Assembly (NCBI GenBank): GCA_913041945.1
Contig: CAJWIT010000001.1
Location: 45,175 to 109,174, forward strand
From: an uncultured Fidelibacterota bacterium
GTDB taxonomy: Bacteria; Fidelibacterota; Marinisomatia; Marinisomatales; UBA8229
Reading direction: 5' to 3'
Length of the DNA stretch: 64,000 nt
The notes beneath the pieces are model-generated. The model was not told where the DNA came from, did not search any database, and saw nothing but the letters and a program-made list of their open reading frames with translations. Below, in pieces: positions 34,932 to 44,681 of this stretch. Each line of letters opens with the position of its first letter. Positions within the stretch are counted from its first letter, which is position 1. Made by a program: the position numbers and the translations under genes.

Positions 34932-35663
34932 TTAAAAATTTTCACATACCCACTGAATAGATCTGTTGTGACCTAAGCGGATATTATTCCATTCTTCAGG
35001 AAGCAAGATACTTTTACCACTCTCAATAGAAACTTCTTGAGGGTCAACTGTTAACTTTCGGAAAGCTCCATCCTGGCTATGAACAGTTCTCCACTGAGTA
35101 TAGTTTACAGTACTGCTGATCTTATACTCTTTTCTTTGAATTTTTTCACAGCCATACATCTGACGATCCATCCCTGCCAAAGGGGCTGCAATGCTATGAA
35201 TGGTAATTGGAAAATCATGGTCCCAATTCTCAGCAAATAAAGATGTTATCAAGCCACCTATACTATGACCTATAATCCATAATGAATCTAAATGCGGATT
35301 GTTTTCAATTAACATCTCAGTTTGACGATATAAATAACCCGCGGAATTCTCCGGACATCCAGTCCAATCATACCTGAAAAACCAAACCGGAATCTCCCGA
35401 CGGGATAATGCCATCAGCGGGTTAACCCATTCAAAGCCTTTTGTTTGCCAATCTGTTGGATAATAGCCATGCACCGTGATGATCCCATAGGTTGAGTCTT
35501 TTTCATTGATACCACTCAATCTGTGAAAACCATCTGATCGATTAATCAAATATTCATCATAATCCGATTTATTGATTTTTAACTTATTTAATAATAAATC
35601 TGGATGATCAGATTGAGTACAGCTTAGAAATAATAGAAATAATAGCGAAAGATAGTGATTCAT
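34932..35663 (-). CDS. Alpha/beta-hydrolase lipoprotein (esterase/lipase-like)
   Basis: Lipobox FLSC, VHGY oxyanion loop, GHSIGG nucleophile elbow, late Asp/His (QDGA, LGHN). Confidence 0.72.
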   Translation of the reverse strand: MNHYLSLLFLLFLSCTQSDHPDLLLNKLKINKSDYDEYLINRSDGFHRLSGINEKDSTYGIITVHGYYPTDWQTKGFEWVNPLMALSRREIPVWFFRYDWTGCPENSAGYLYRQTEMLIENNPHLDSLWIIGHSIGGLITSLFAENWDHDFPITIHSIAAPLAGMDRQMYGCEKIQRKEYKISSTVNYTQWRTVHSQDGAFRKLTVDPQEVSIESGKSILLPEEWNNIRLGHNRSIQWVCENF

Positions 35664-35668
35664 CACTC

Positions 35669-35698
35669 AAATCTACCCATCATTCCACAAACAAAAAA
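35669..35698. repeat. Dispersed direct repeat, copy C (30 bp)
   Basis: AAATCTACCCATCATTCCACAAACAAAAAA matches 29384-29413 at 28/30. Confidence 0.8.
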
Positions 35699-35741
35699 TT
35701 ACACATCGGGTTATGAGCCCGTTTGATGTCCTTCTATTTTA

Positions 35742-36539
35742 TTAATCATCGTTATTTTTCACCGCATTCCAGATTTCGTCCATTTCTTCTAAAGATGAAT
35801 CTTCCACCGTTTTACCCCTTTTTTTTAATTCTTCTTCCACCTTGGCAAAACGGGAAGTGAATTTCCGATTGGTTTTTCTTAGAGCAGTTTCAGCGGAAAT
35901 TCCTAAGAACCGGGACAGGTTTACAATAGAAAACAGGGTGTCGCCGAGTTCCTCTTCAATTTGCTCTGTAATTCCTTTTTCCTCTGCCTCCTTCAATTCC
36001 CCAATTTCTTCGTGGACCTTTTCCCACACCTGTTCCACTTTTTTCCAATCAAAGCCGGCATAACTGGCTTTTTCCTGTAGTCGCTGCGATCGTGTCAACG
36101 CAGGCAGGGTACCCGGGACACCATCCAAACGGGACTCCCTTTTCTTTTCATCATGCTTCGCCGCTTCCCAGTTTTGCTTGGCATGAAAAGGGCCCTCTGC
36201 TTTTGCATCCGCGAACACGTGAGGATGCCGCCGAATAAGTTTTTCGTTCACATAATTCAATGAGTCCTGAAGAGTAAAATCCTCATTCTCTTTTCCTATG
36301 GAGGCCTGAAACACCACGTGCAGCAATATGTCCCCAAGTTCTTCTTTCAGCAGTTCCATGTTCCCTTCTTCCACGCTTTCAATCACTTCATAGATTTCTT
36401 CTAGAAAATAGGGAAGAAGGGAAACCTGCGTCTGGTCTCTGTCCCAAGGACATCCACCTGGTGCCCTTAATTTTTCTACAATTTCTATTAATTGAGAAAG
36501 GGAATCCCCAGTTGATTTGTGTTGATTAATCTCTGTCAT
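35742..36539 (-). CDS. mazG: Nucleoside triphosphate pyrophosphohydrolase
   Basis: GCPWD..QT, EEIYE, EELGDILL, RRHPHVF, and a second EELGD. Confidence 0.95.
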   Translation of the reverse strand: MTEINQHKSTGDSLSQLIEIVEKLRAPGGCPWDRDQTQVSLLPYFLEEIYEVIESVEEGNMELLKEELGDILLHVVFQASIGKENEDFTLQDSLNYVNEKLIRRHPHVFADAKAEGPFHAKQNWEAAKHDEKKRESRLDGVPGTLPALTRSQRLQEKASYAGFDWKKVEQVWEKVHEEIGELKEAEEKGITEQIEEELGDTLFSIVNLSRFLGISAETALRKTNRKFTSRFAKVEEELKKRGKTVEDSSLEEMDEIWNAVKNNDD

Positions 36540-37006
36540 TGTTCGTGAATGGGGATCTTACTTTCCTTTGTGAATAATTTTTCCCATTGAACCATTTTTA
36601 AATACTTATTCTCAAGCGAAGTCATTACCATTTTAGACTTTTTTGTATCATCCTCGTATCCCAACAAATGGAGCACTCCATGGATAAGCAGCCTAGAAAT
36701 TTCTCTTTCGAATGGTTCACCAAAAGTCTTCGCATTCTCCCGTGCTCGGGGGAGACTGATATACACTTCTCCTTCAACAACTTTTTCCTTATAATCGTTT
36801 AACCGAAATGCAATCACATCTGTATATTTGTCTTTCTTGAAGAATTGCTTTTTTAAACTGCGCAAAAGTTCATCTTGACCTAAAATGACTGTGATTGTTC
36901 CATCATCATTGCCTTGATTTTTTAATACAGTTTTTAAAATTTTACAACATGCATCATCATTTGGCTGATCCAATACCGAATCCTTTTCTATCTGGATTTT
37001 TATCAT
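36536..37006 (-). CDS. ybeY: rRNA maturation factor YbeY
   Basis: TDVIAF, GEVYIS, HGVLHLLGYED. Confidence 0.9.
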   Translation of the reverse strand: MIKIQIEKDSVLDQPNDDACCKILKTVLKNQGNDDGTITVILGQDELLRSLKKQFFKKDKYTDVIAFRLNDYKEKVVEGEVYISLPRARENAKTFGEPFEREISRLLIHGVLHLLGYEDDTKKSKMVMTSLENKYLKMVQWEKLFTKESKIPIHEQ

Positions 37007-39345
37007 TAATGAGACTGTCCTTCTGCCGCCTCTTTTGGATCATCTGGGTATTCTATACGAATATGGTAAATTCCCCGCAAAACTGGTAGCATTCCCCTCG
37101 TCCCATCTACTTTTCCCTTAATCTTTGTTAGCTCATCCAAAGTTAGGGGACACTCGTCCAATTGTTCATCATCAACACGACCCTTAATTATTTTATCTAT
37201 CATAGCTTCAATTTTCATTATATCTGGGTTTTTAATGGATCGCACAGCGGCTTCAACAGCTTCACAAATCATCAGGATACCTGTCTCCTTTGTGTCCGGC
37301 TTCGGCCCAGGATATCTGAATGAATTTTCGTCAACTTCAGTAGAATCTTCAGCAATTTCCAGTGCTCTGCGGTAAAAATATTCCACCCGGGTAGTACCAT
37401 GATGCATTGGAATAAAATCCCGAATAATTTTGGGGAGACCATATTCTTTTGCTAGCTGTGAACCTTCTTTTACATGATTCCTAATTATTTTAGCGCTCAT
37501 GGCTGGCGGAAGACTGTCGTGCTTGTTTGTACCGGAATACTGGTTTTCAATAAAATATTCCGGACGAGCCAATTTCCCAATATCATGATAATATGCACCA
37601 ACTCGTGCCAGGAGGGACCGCGCCCCAATTGCATTTGCACATGCTTCAGCAAGGTTCCCAACTACAATACTATGATTAAATGTTCCATTTGCATTTTGTA
37701 AAAGACGCTTAAGCAATGGGTGATCGAAATCAAGCAATTCCAACAGTGTTAGATCTGTCGTGATTTTAAATGCCCCTTCTAATAATCCGATAAGTCCATA
37801 AGTAACAATAGGGGCAAGAATACTTATGATGATGAGGTAAAAAATATCTGAGCGAATAGACACCCACGAATTATCTTTAAAAAAACCAATGCCGATTGCT
37901 ACAATTATACTTGCAGCGATCAATGCAAATATAGTTGTAAATACCTGACTTCGATTCCGAAGCTGCCGAACATTGTACATTGCTACGCCCGACGTAAACA
38001 GGGCAACCACGATAAAATCAAGATTGTTTCCAATCATAATTCCTGTCAAAATCACCATTGATGTCGTACCCATAAATCCAATCCTGGCGTCGAATAAAAT
38101 CGTAAGAGACATGGCAGCAACGGTAATAGGGATGAGATACGGAGAAATATTCAGCTTTATTCCAAACACATACGATAAACCCATCTCTGTAAAAAATATC
38201 AGCGCTATAAGCAGCACCATTTTCCAGTCATCAAATATGGGGGTTCTATATATAAATAAAAACGTGAAAAAAAATGAAATAACCACCGCGATGATAATTA
38301 TTCTCCCAAGATAAACAGTTAGAGCCTCCCATCCGCTCTGTGCTCCTTCTTTTTTTACAATTGCCGTGGAGAGAGAATTCAATTTTTGGAGAATATCCTC
38401 ATTTATTCGTGTATTCACATCTACAATTCGTTCGTCCTTTAACACAGTGCCCTGATATCTTGGGACCCTGTTCAGCCGGGCAGTTTGGCGGCGTTCGGTT
38501 GTTTCCTTATCATAAATCAAATTTGGTTTCATAAACTCAACTATCAAATCATACCCGAGAGTTTTATGAAAATCGTTTTCGTCAGAATATAAATTGGTTA
38601 TCTCTACCTTTGCCTTCGTCCATGCTTCTTCCAGGTCAATAAAATCACCGGGTTGATACAATGCAGGAATATCCCCCTGGTGAACCATTACCTCGTTGCT
38701 GACTATTTCATTTTTTCTGATATCATAAATTCCTTCAGCCCAGCGGTTTCTACAAATCTGCATAACATCTTCTTCAAATTTAGTCAGGGGATATGTCTCG
38801 TTTTCAGGGGATGGAAGGGAAATAAAGGATTTCCATAAATCCGTTTCTAATGGAAATGAAGAATAGTGACTATGCAATTTCTCAGTCAGGATAGAAAAAG
38901 CTGTACTGTCGGCTATATAATCAGCTTTTGCTGTTTTATGCTGAGGTTCATACCGATACCGGTATACTAAATCCTTAGACTGTATTACCTGTTTTTCTGC
39001 TTCATGAATTTCATTAATTATCTGAAAGAAACCATGTGTTTTGTCACTCCTATTATCTACGATCTCCTGCTTCCGGATAAAAACGAATGGTTCAGAGTTA
39101 ATCGCTACACTTAGGTCATCCTGTAATTTTTCTTCTGTTTTCAAAATCGGAAATGTAAATGGTGCAATAATTGGCTTCCTGGTAATATCATTCAATTTAT
39201 AAGATAATTGGAGTGACTTTCCCCCAGGGAAAAAAAAGGACCCACCCAAAACAAGGACTGCTAAAATGCTCACTTGTATCCAGTGTCTATAGAATATATT
39301 CACCGATTTCTGTAAAAAAGTTCCCTTTCTTATTTCTTGCATCAT
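37006..39345 (-). CDS. 7TM-HD phosphohydrolase (PgpH-like, putative c-di-AMP phosphodiesterase)
   Basis: Extracytoplasmic domain, about 7 TM helices, GTFNHS, YYHDIGK, YFIENQ, HHGT, FRYPGPKP; adjacent to ybeY. Confidence 0.87.
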   Translation of the reverse strand: MMQEIRKGTFLQKSVNIFYRHWIQVSILAVLVLGGSFFFPGGKSLQLSYKLNDITRKPIIAPFTFPILKTEEKLQDDLSVAINSEPFVFIRKQEIVDNRSDKTHGFFQIINEIHEAEKQVIQSKDLVYRYRYEPQHKTAKADYIADSTAFSILTEKLHSHYSSFPLETDLWKSFISLPSPENETYPLTKFEEDVMQICRNRWAEGIYDIRKNEIVSNEVMVHQGDIPALYQPGDFIDLEEAWTKAKVEITNLYSDENDFHKTLGYDLIVEFMKPNLIYDKETTERRQTARLNRVPRYQGTVLKDERIVDVNTRINEDILQKLNSLSTAIVKKEGAQSGWEALTVYLGRIIIIAVVISFFFTFLFIYRTPIFDDWKMVLLIALIFFTEMGLSYVFGIKLNISPYLIPITVAAMSLTILFDARIGFMGTTSMVILTGIMIGNNLDFIVVALFTSGVAMYNVRQLRNRSQVFTTIFALIAASIIVAIGIGFFKDNSWVSIRSDIFYLIIISILAPIVTYGLIGLLEGAFKITTDLTLLELLDFDHPLLKRLLQNANGTFNHSIVVGNLAEACANAIGARSLLARVGAYYHDIGKLARPEYFIENQYSGTNKHDSLPPAMSAKIIRNHVKEGSQLAKEYGLPKIIRDFIPMHHGTTRVEYFYRRALEIAEDSTEVDENSFRYPGPKPDTKETGILMICEAVEAAVRSIKNPDIMKIEAMIDKIIKGRVDDEQLDECPLTLDELTKIKGKVDGTRGMLPVLRGIYHIRIEYPDDPKEAAEGQSH

Positions 39346-40499
39346 TTTTTCAAGATATCTTTAATTATTTTGCGTGATATAACCAATCGTTGTACTTCAC
39401 TTGTGCCTTCTCCTATCTCTAATACCTTTGCATCCCTGAAAAACCGCTCAACGTCATATTCAGCAACATACCCATACCCACCATAAATCTGGATAGCTTC
39501 TGTTGTAACATCCATTGCAACTTCACTTGCAAAAAGTTTTGCCATAGCAGCTTCTTTGATGACGTCTTTCCCCTGGTCTTTCATCCATGCAGCATGAAAC
39601 ACCAGTAATTTTGCTGCTTCGATTCTGGTTGCCATATCAGCTAATTTAAATCCAACGGGTTGAAATTTATAAATCTCTTGTCCAAATGCTTTCCTTTCAG
39701 TAGAATATTCGAGGGCTTTTTTGTATGCACCTTCCGCCGTTCCAACAGCAAGTGCACCCACTGAAATTCGGCCACCTGTTAATGTTTTTAAAAACGTCTT
39801 AAATCCCTCTTTAGGATTTCCCAACATATTCTCCGCGGGCACTTTCATGTCCTCAAAAAATAATTGTCTCGTGTCGCTTGCACGCCAACCCATTTTCTTT
39901 TCTTTCGGTCCAATTTTTAAGCCAGGAATGTCTGTTGGAACTGTAAATGCACCAATGCCTTTCTTAATTCCTTCTTCAATAATCTGGGTTGTAAAGCTTA
40001 GTACGCCCGCCTCACCTGCATTCGTAATAAAAATTTTACTCCCATTCACAACATAATGATCACCATCTTTCACCGCAGCAGTACGGGTGGAACCAGCATC
40101 GCTGCCTGCTTCAGGTTCCGTCAATCCAAATGCCCCCAGTATTTTCCCGGATGCCAGAAGAGGCACCCATTTTTGTTTTTGTTCTTCCGTTCCAGTAAGA
40201 ACAATCGGAACAGTCCCTAAGGATGTATGTGCTGCCATGGTAATGGCAAGTGAAGCATCGACCTTTGCTAATTCCATCACAGCTGATGCATAAGCAACTG
40301 TGTCCATTCCGGCCCCGCCATATTTTTCAGAAACCGGTATTCCCATTAATCCAAGGTCTCCCATTTGCCTTACTAAATCGTGGGGAAACTCTCCAGTTGC
40401 ATCCATCTCCCTTGCCAGCGGTTCCACTTCATTTTTGGCAAAGTCCCGAACCATGTCTTGAAGCATTACATGTTCATCTGTAAAAAATAACGTATTCAT
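39342..40499 (-). CDS. Acyl-CoA dehydrogenase (short/branched-chain type)
   Basis: FGLTEPEAGSDA, NGSKIFITN, KMGWRAS, AMAKLFASE, GGYGY, EIGEGTSEVQR. Confidence 0.94.
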   Translation of the reverse strand: MNTLFFTDEHVMLQDMVRDFAKNEVEPLAREMDATGEFPHDLVRQMGDLGLMGIPVSEKYGGAGMDTVAYASAVMELAKVDASLAITMAAHTSLGTVPIVLTGTEEQKQKWVPLLASGKILGAFGLTEPEAGSDAGSTRTAAVKDGDHYVVNGSKIFITNAGEAGVLSFTTQIIEEGIKKGIGAFTVPTDIPGLKIGPKEKKMGWRASDTRQLFFEDMKVPAENMLGNPKEGFKTFLKTLTGGRISVGALAVGTAEGAYKKALEYSTERKAFGQEIYKFQPVGFKLADMATRIEAAKLLVFHAAWMKDQGKDVIKEAAMAKLFASEVAMDVTTEAIQIYGGYGYVAEYDVERFFRDAKVLEIGEGTSEVQRLVISRKIIKDILKK

Positions 40500-40534
40500 A
40501 ATTCTTCCTTTTTCCCCGTCATGCTTATACTAAT

Positions 40535-41527
40535 TTACCAACGGATCGCAGCGGATGCCCAAGTAAACCCAGCACCGAATGAAGCAAGTACAACAACATC
40601 CCCCTTTGAAATTTTCTTCTCCTCAACAGCTTCGCAAAGAGCAATAGGAATGGATGCTGCTGTCGTATTACCATATTTATGGATATTGCTAAACACTTTA
40701 TCCATACCAACCCCCAGCCGCTTAGCAACCGCCTGACTTATTCTCAAGTTTGCCTGGTGTGGGATAATCAAATTGACGTCATCCAGGGTCAGCCCACTGG
40801 CATCCAAAGATTCCTGAATCACTTCTGGAAACCGCACAATGGCATTCCGAAATACCTCTCTGCCGTTCATGAGAGGGAAATGTCGGCCTTCTTCTAATTT
40901 TATGTTCGTCATTTGACAATTTTCTGCTGAACCAGGCGCTTCCATCCACAGGTTTTTTACATTGGCTCCCTGACAATGCAAATGTGTAGAAAGAACACCG
41001 CTTTCGTCATCACTTTTTTGGAGGATTGCTGCACCGGATCCATCACCAAATAAAACCGTCATATCCCTCCCTTCCGTGGATATGTTTAGAAATTTAGACT
41101 GGACCTCGGCACCAACAATAAGAATAGTACTGCACACACCTGTTCGAATGAATTGATCACCAATGGACAGGGCATAAATGAAAGCTGAACAGGCTGCTTT
41201 AACATCAAAAGCTCCTACATGATGCAAATCAAGACGATCTTGCAGCTGAGCACTTACGCCAGGGAAAAAATAATCCGATGTGATGGTCCCAACGATAACC
41301 AAATCAATATCCTTTGATGATACTTTGGCAGCTTTCATTGCCTTTTTAGATGCTTCAAATGCTAAATCGGATGTGCAAATCCCATCACGGACCCAACGCC
41401 GTTCTTCAATGCCACTCCGGCTGACGATCCACTCATTACTCGTATCCATTTGCTGTTCTAAATCTTGGTTTGTAATAACCTGATCGGGTACATAATACCC
41501 TACACCGGCAATTTTTGTTTTAATCAT
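40535..41527 (-). CDS. fabH: 3-oxoacyl-ACP synthase III
   Basis: SGIEERR, AACSAF (Cys), LFGDG, PHQANLRI (His), YGNTTAASIP (Asn), FGAGFTW. Confidence 0.93.
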   Translation of the reverse strand: MIKTKIAGVGYYVPDQVITNQDLEQQMDTSNEWIVSRSGIEERRWVRDGICTSDLAFEASKKAMKAAKVSSKDIDLVIVGTITSDYFFPGVSAQLQDRLDLHHVGAFDVKAACSAFIYALSIGDQFIRTGVCSTILIVGAEVQSKFLNISTEGRDMTVLFGDGSGAAILQKSDDESGVLSTHLHCQGANVKNLWMEAPGSAENCQMTNIKLEEGRHFPLMNGREVFRNAIVRFPEVIQESLDASGLTLDDVNLIIPHQANLRISQAVAKRLGVGMDKVFSNIHKYGNTTAASIPIALCEAVEEKKISKGDVVVLASFGAGFTWASAAIRW

Positions 41528-43232
41528 AGCTCTTTCCACTCAATTTAATATCACGTACGTTTAATTGAATACTTTCCTGGCCCCGCCATTCATTGATTTC
41601 GACTAAACAGGCTATATCAAAAGGGCAATCTTTGATAAGCTTTTCGTAATGCTGGGACATATTAAACCCGATAGCACCATGAACTGTTTTTCCCTGTCGT
41701 ACCTTGAATTTTAGATGGTCTCCGTTTCCGATCACTTTTGGATTTCCAGCAATAATTACATTTCTAATTACAAATTTAGGCCTCATATTCCCAGGACCAT
41801 ACGGTTCTAATTTATTTAGGAATGTCATGAAGCGACTATTAATATCTTTTAGATGTATTTCCCCTTCAAGAACGATTGTTTGCACGAACTCTGCCTTTTT
41901 TAATCTTTCCTTCGAATAGTGTAAAAATGTTTTTCTGAAATTATTCAAATTCTCTTCCTTTACTGTAAACCCGGCTGCCATCGAATGGCCACCATATCCC
42001 TCTAAAAATCTACTGGTATTTGTTAAAGCATCATACATATCAAAATTTTCTATGCTTCGGGCAGAACCCTTCCCAATTCCATCTTCACCAATAGAAATTA
42101 TAATGATGGGTCTATTATATTCTTCCTTGAGTTTGGAGGCAACAATCCCAATGACACCGGAATGCCATTCACGATCGGCAAGAATGATAGCTTTGTCATT
42201 TTTAATATCTACCTCGGAATTGACCTTTCGTATGGCATCATCAAGCACAGTATCCTGAATTTTTCTCCTTTTCTTATTTTCACAAACAAGTTCTTCTGCC
42301 AATTCACTTGCACGCGCAGAATCTTGTGTTGTCAACAATTCCACAGCCCTGTTTCCGTCTCCCATTCTGCCTGCAGCATTGATCTTTGGAGTTACATTAA
42401 ACACTAACTGTCCGACAGACAAAGAACCAGTTTTTAATCCGACTATGTCTAAAAGAGATTGAATCCCCAGGTGCGTTGTAGAGCTCAGTTGTTCAATACC
42501 ATAATGAACTAGGGTCCTGTTTTCATCAAGTATTGGCACAAAGTCTGCAGCAGTACCCAAAGTAACTATATCCAAAAGATTTAGGAGCGGTGCTAATTCT
42601 TTTCCCAACTTTTTCATAAGAGCGTACGCAAGCTTGAATGCCACACCACTTCCACATAAGCTATCAAAGGGATAGGTGCAATCCGTCCTTTGTGGATTCA
42701 AGACAGCAAACGCATCCGGAAGCACATCATCGGGGATATGATGATCCGTAACTATTACGTCAATTCCCAAGGAATTAGAAATATTTACTTGCTCAAATGC
42801 ATTTATTCCACAGTCACAAGTAATTATTAAGTCAGAGCCAGAAGCTTGTGCGTGTTCAATCCCCTGGATTGATAATCCATGCCCTTCAATATCTCGATTC
42901 GGGATGTAGGTTGAGACAACAGCCCCAAGTGAGTTGAGTGCAAGGTAAAGAACAGAAGCAGCAGTTGTACCATCCACATCATAATCTCCAAAAATGAGAA
43001 TTGGTATATGTTTATCAATATTTAGAATAATCCGATCCACGGCCTGTCCCATGTCCTTCATAAGGAATGGATCATGGAGCTGGTTTAGATCAGGATTAAA
43101 GAATGTGTGGGAATCATTAAGGGAAATAATGCCCCGGTTAACCATTGTCTTAGCAATAATCTCCGTACAGTGAAATTCCTGCATGTTCTTGCTAACAATT
43201 TCAGGGTCAGGATCTAAAATTCGCCAATTCAT
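41520..43232 (-). CDS. recJ: Single-stranded-DNA exonuclease RecJ
   Basis: GDYDVDG, TCDCG, TDHH, INAAGR, GSARS, GGHSMAAG, LEPYGPGN. Confidence 0.97.
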   Translation of the reverse strand: MNWRILDPDPEIVSKNMQEFHCTEIIAKTMVNRGIISLNDSHTFFNPDLNQLHDPFLMKDMGQAVDRIILNIDKHIPILIFGDYDVDGTTAASVLYLALNSLGAVVSTYIPNRDIEGHGLSIQGIEHAQASGSDLIITCDCGINAFEQVNISNSLGIDVIVTDHHIPDDVLPDAFAVLNPQRTDCTYPFDSLCGSGVAFKLAYALMKKLGKELAPLLNLLDIVTLGTAADFVPILDENRTLVHYGIEQLSSTTHLGIQSLLDIVGLKTGSLSVGQLVFNVTPKINAAGRMGDGNRAVELLTTQDSARASELAEELVCENKKRRKIQDTVLDDAIRKVNSEVDIKNDKAIILADREWHSGVIGIVASKLKEEYNRPIIIISIGEDGIGKGSARSIENFDMYDALTNTSRFLEGYGGHSMAAGFTVKEENLNNFRKTFLHYSKERLKKAEFVQTIVLEGEIHLKDINSRFMTFLNKLEPYGPGNMRPKFVIRNVIIAGNPKVIGNGDHLKFKVRQGKTVHGAIGFNMSQHYEKLIKDCPFDIACLVEINEWRGQESIQLNVRDIKLSGKSYD

Positions 43233-43248
43233 TAATTGATTAAAAAAT

Positions 43249-43613
43249 GAGCCGGTCTGTAAGCCGAGTTTTGTTTTTCTGCTAAAGCAGAATTAGTGAC
43301 CATTCATCTGATCCAGGCTTCACAGCCAGGATTACGCAATCTACCCGTCTCTCATTACGATGCGGACAACATCTGGAGATCTATTCGATCTTGCACTGAG
43401 TGGGGTTTACAAGCTTCCCGCATTGCTACGGAAACTGGTGGTCTCTTACACCACCTTTTCACCCTTATCCCAACATCAAAGATGTCGTGACGGTTTTTTT
43501 TCTGTTGCACTTTCCATGCCCTCGCGGACTCCTCCCGTTAGGAGGCACCCTGTCCTGCAGTGCTCGGACTTTCCTCCCCGACACAAGTGTGGGGGCAGTC
43601 ACTCAACCGACTC
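43249..43613 (-). ncRNA. rnpB: RNase P RNA (bacterial type A)
   Basis: The minus strand begins GAGTCGGTTGAGTGACTGC, contains GAGGAAAGTCCGAGC, GAAAGTGCAACAGAAA and GTAAACCCCACTCAGTGCAAG, and ends ACAAAACTCGGCTTACAGACCGGCTC; the ends pair (P1). Confidence 0.96.
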
Positions 43614-43627
43614 AAATTATTAATTAT

Positions 43628-44335
43628 CTATTCTGGTTTTTCCCAAAAAAGAAAGCGAGTGCAAATACTACAGTTCTGTATCGTCACAAGTGTTTTTACC
43701 TCCGCTACCAGCTGGGGTGGTAACGCAGCGCCACATCCACCACAGGACTTTCCTTCCAAAGAGACAACTGCTAACCCATTTCGGGCGGACAGTATTCTAT
43801 TATACCGTGCAAGCACACTCGCACTTAAATCTTTGGTTGTCTCCTCACGGCGACTTTCAAGATCTTTTTTCTCTGAACTGGAGGCTGCCAATGCCTGCTC
43901 CAGCTTGACTCGTTTGGAAGACAAGTCTTTGCTCAGTGATTCCAAACTTTGTTCTTGACTTTTTACTTGTTCTGCAAGCTGATCCTTCTCTTCTAGAAAC
44001 TCCAATTCTGTTGTCTCGCTACGATCCAATTCTTCTTTTAAATGATCAATTTCTAACATTAGGGCATCGTATTGTTTATTGTTTGTCACTAAAAAAAGTT
44101 GATCTTTTAGCTTATCAATCTTCTCCTTAAACTCAGCTAGGTTCATTTCGGTCTTGTGCTGTTCCAAAGCTATTTCTTTTAAGCGTGCTTTCCCCCGTTC
44201 AAAATCAGAAGTCAGGCTATCCTCTTTGTTTTTCAAGTCAGTTACTCTTGTTGGTAAATCTCCAAGCAATTCTTCAATTTCTGCCAATTGAGAGTCTATT
44301 TTCTGCAATTCTATCAGATTCTGTATTGAGTTCAT
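43628..44335 (-). CDS. Coiled-coil C4 zinc-ribbon protein (DUF164 family)
   Basis: LIELQKID, long coiled coil, CGGC...CSICTRFL. Start placed at MNSIQ with an AGGA SD. Confidence 0.9.
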   Translation of the reverse strand: MNSIQNLIELQKIDSQLAEIEELLGDLPTRVTDLKNKEDSLTSDFERGKARLKEIALEQHKTEMNLAEFKEKIDKLKDQLFLVTNNKQYDALMLEIDHLKEELDRSETTELEFLEEKDQLAEQVKSQEQSLESLSKDLSSKRVKLEQALAASSSEKKDLESRREETTKDLSASVLARYNRILSARNGLAVVSLEGKSCGGCGAALPPQLVAEVKTLVTIQNCSICTRFLFWEKPE

Positions 44336-44357
44336 ATAATTCCTAATTGATAAAAAT

Positions 44358-44441
44358 AAAAAATGCACCAAACCGAGGTGCACCTACATTTAATGGATTT
44401 CCATTTTGCCCGTCCTTAAAACGGGGCATTTCGGTTTTCAT
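44358..44441 (-). promoter_or_regulatory. Structured leader with terminator hairpin (candidate attenuator/riboswitch)
   Basis: Hairpins TGCCCCGT/ACGGGCA and AATGG/CCATT, an AAACCGA/TCGGTTT pairing, and a terminator TGCACC-N7-GGTGCA-TTTTTT. Confidence 0.5.
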
Positions 44442-44681
44442 TGATCAAACTTCCTTTTTGTTTTAAACGACTGTATTAAAGTAAGTGGTGTCATAAAAAA
44501 AATGTTTTTAGCCTATCAATTTACAATCATTATTTTAGAACAAAAATAGCAAATCTTCCTTAAGCAAAATAAATATTTTCTTGTAGCGTAATCCTTACTT
44601 TTATTCCTCCAACCATCATAAATTTGTTTTTGAAATAAATCCTTTACAACAACTTATTTAGAATTCTAACCACCATTTGAA

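Noticed and set aside
36536-37006. YbeY lacks the third His of HxxxHxxGxDH
   Set aside because: This substitution is, to my knowledge, common in FCB-group YbeY and is not evidence of pseudogenisation.
43296-43958. Several plus-strand ORFs (64-132 aa)
   Set aside because: They lie antisense to rnpB and the zinc-ribbon gene and have no recognisable motifs; shadow ORFs.
44442-44681. Possible glycine riboswitch upstream of gcvP
   Set aside because: No GGAGA...CCGAAG...CTCTCAGG core is visible; the region is simply AT-rich.
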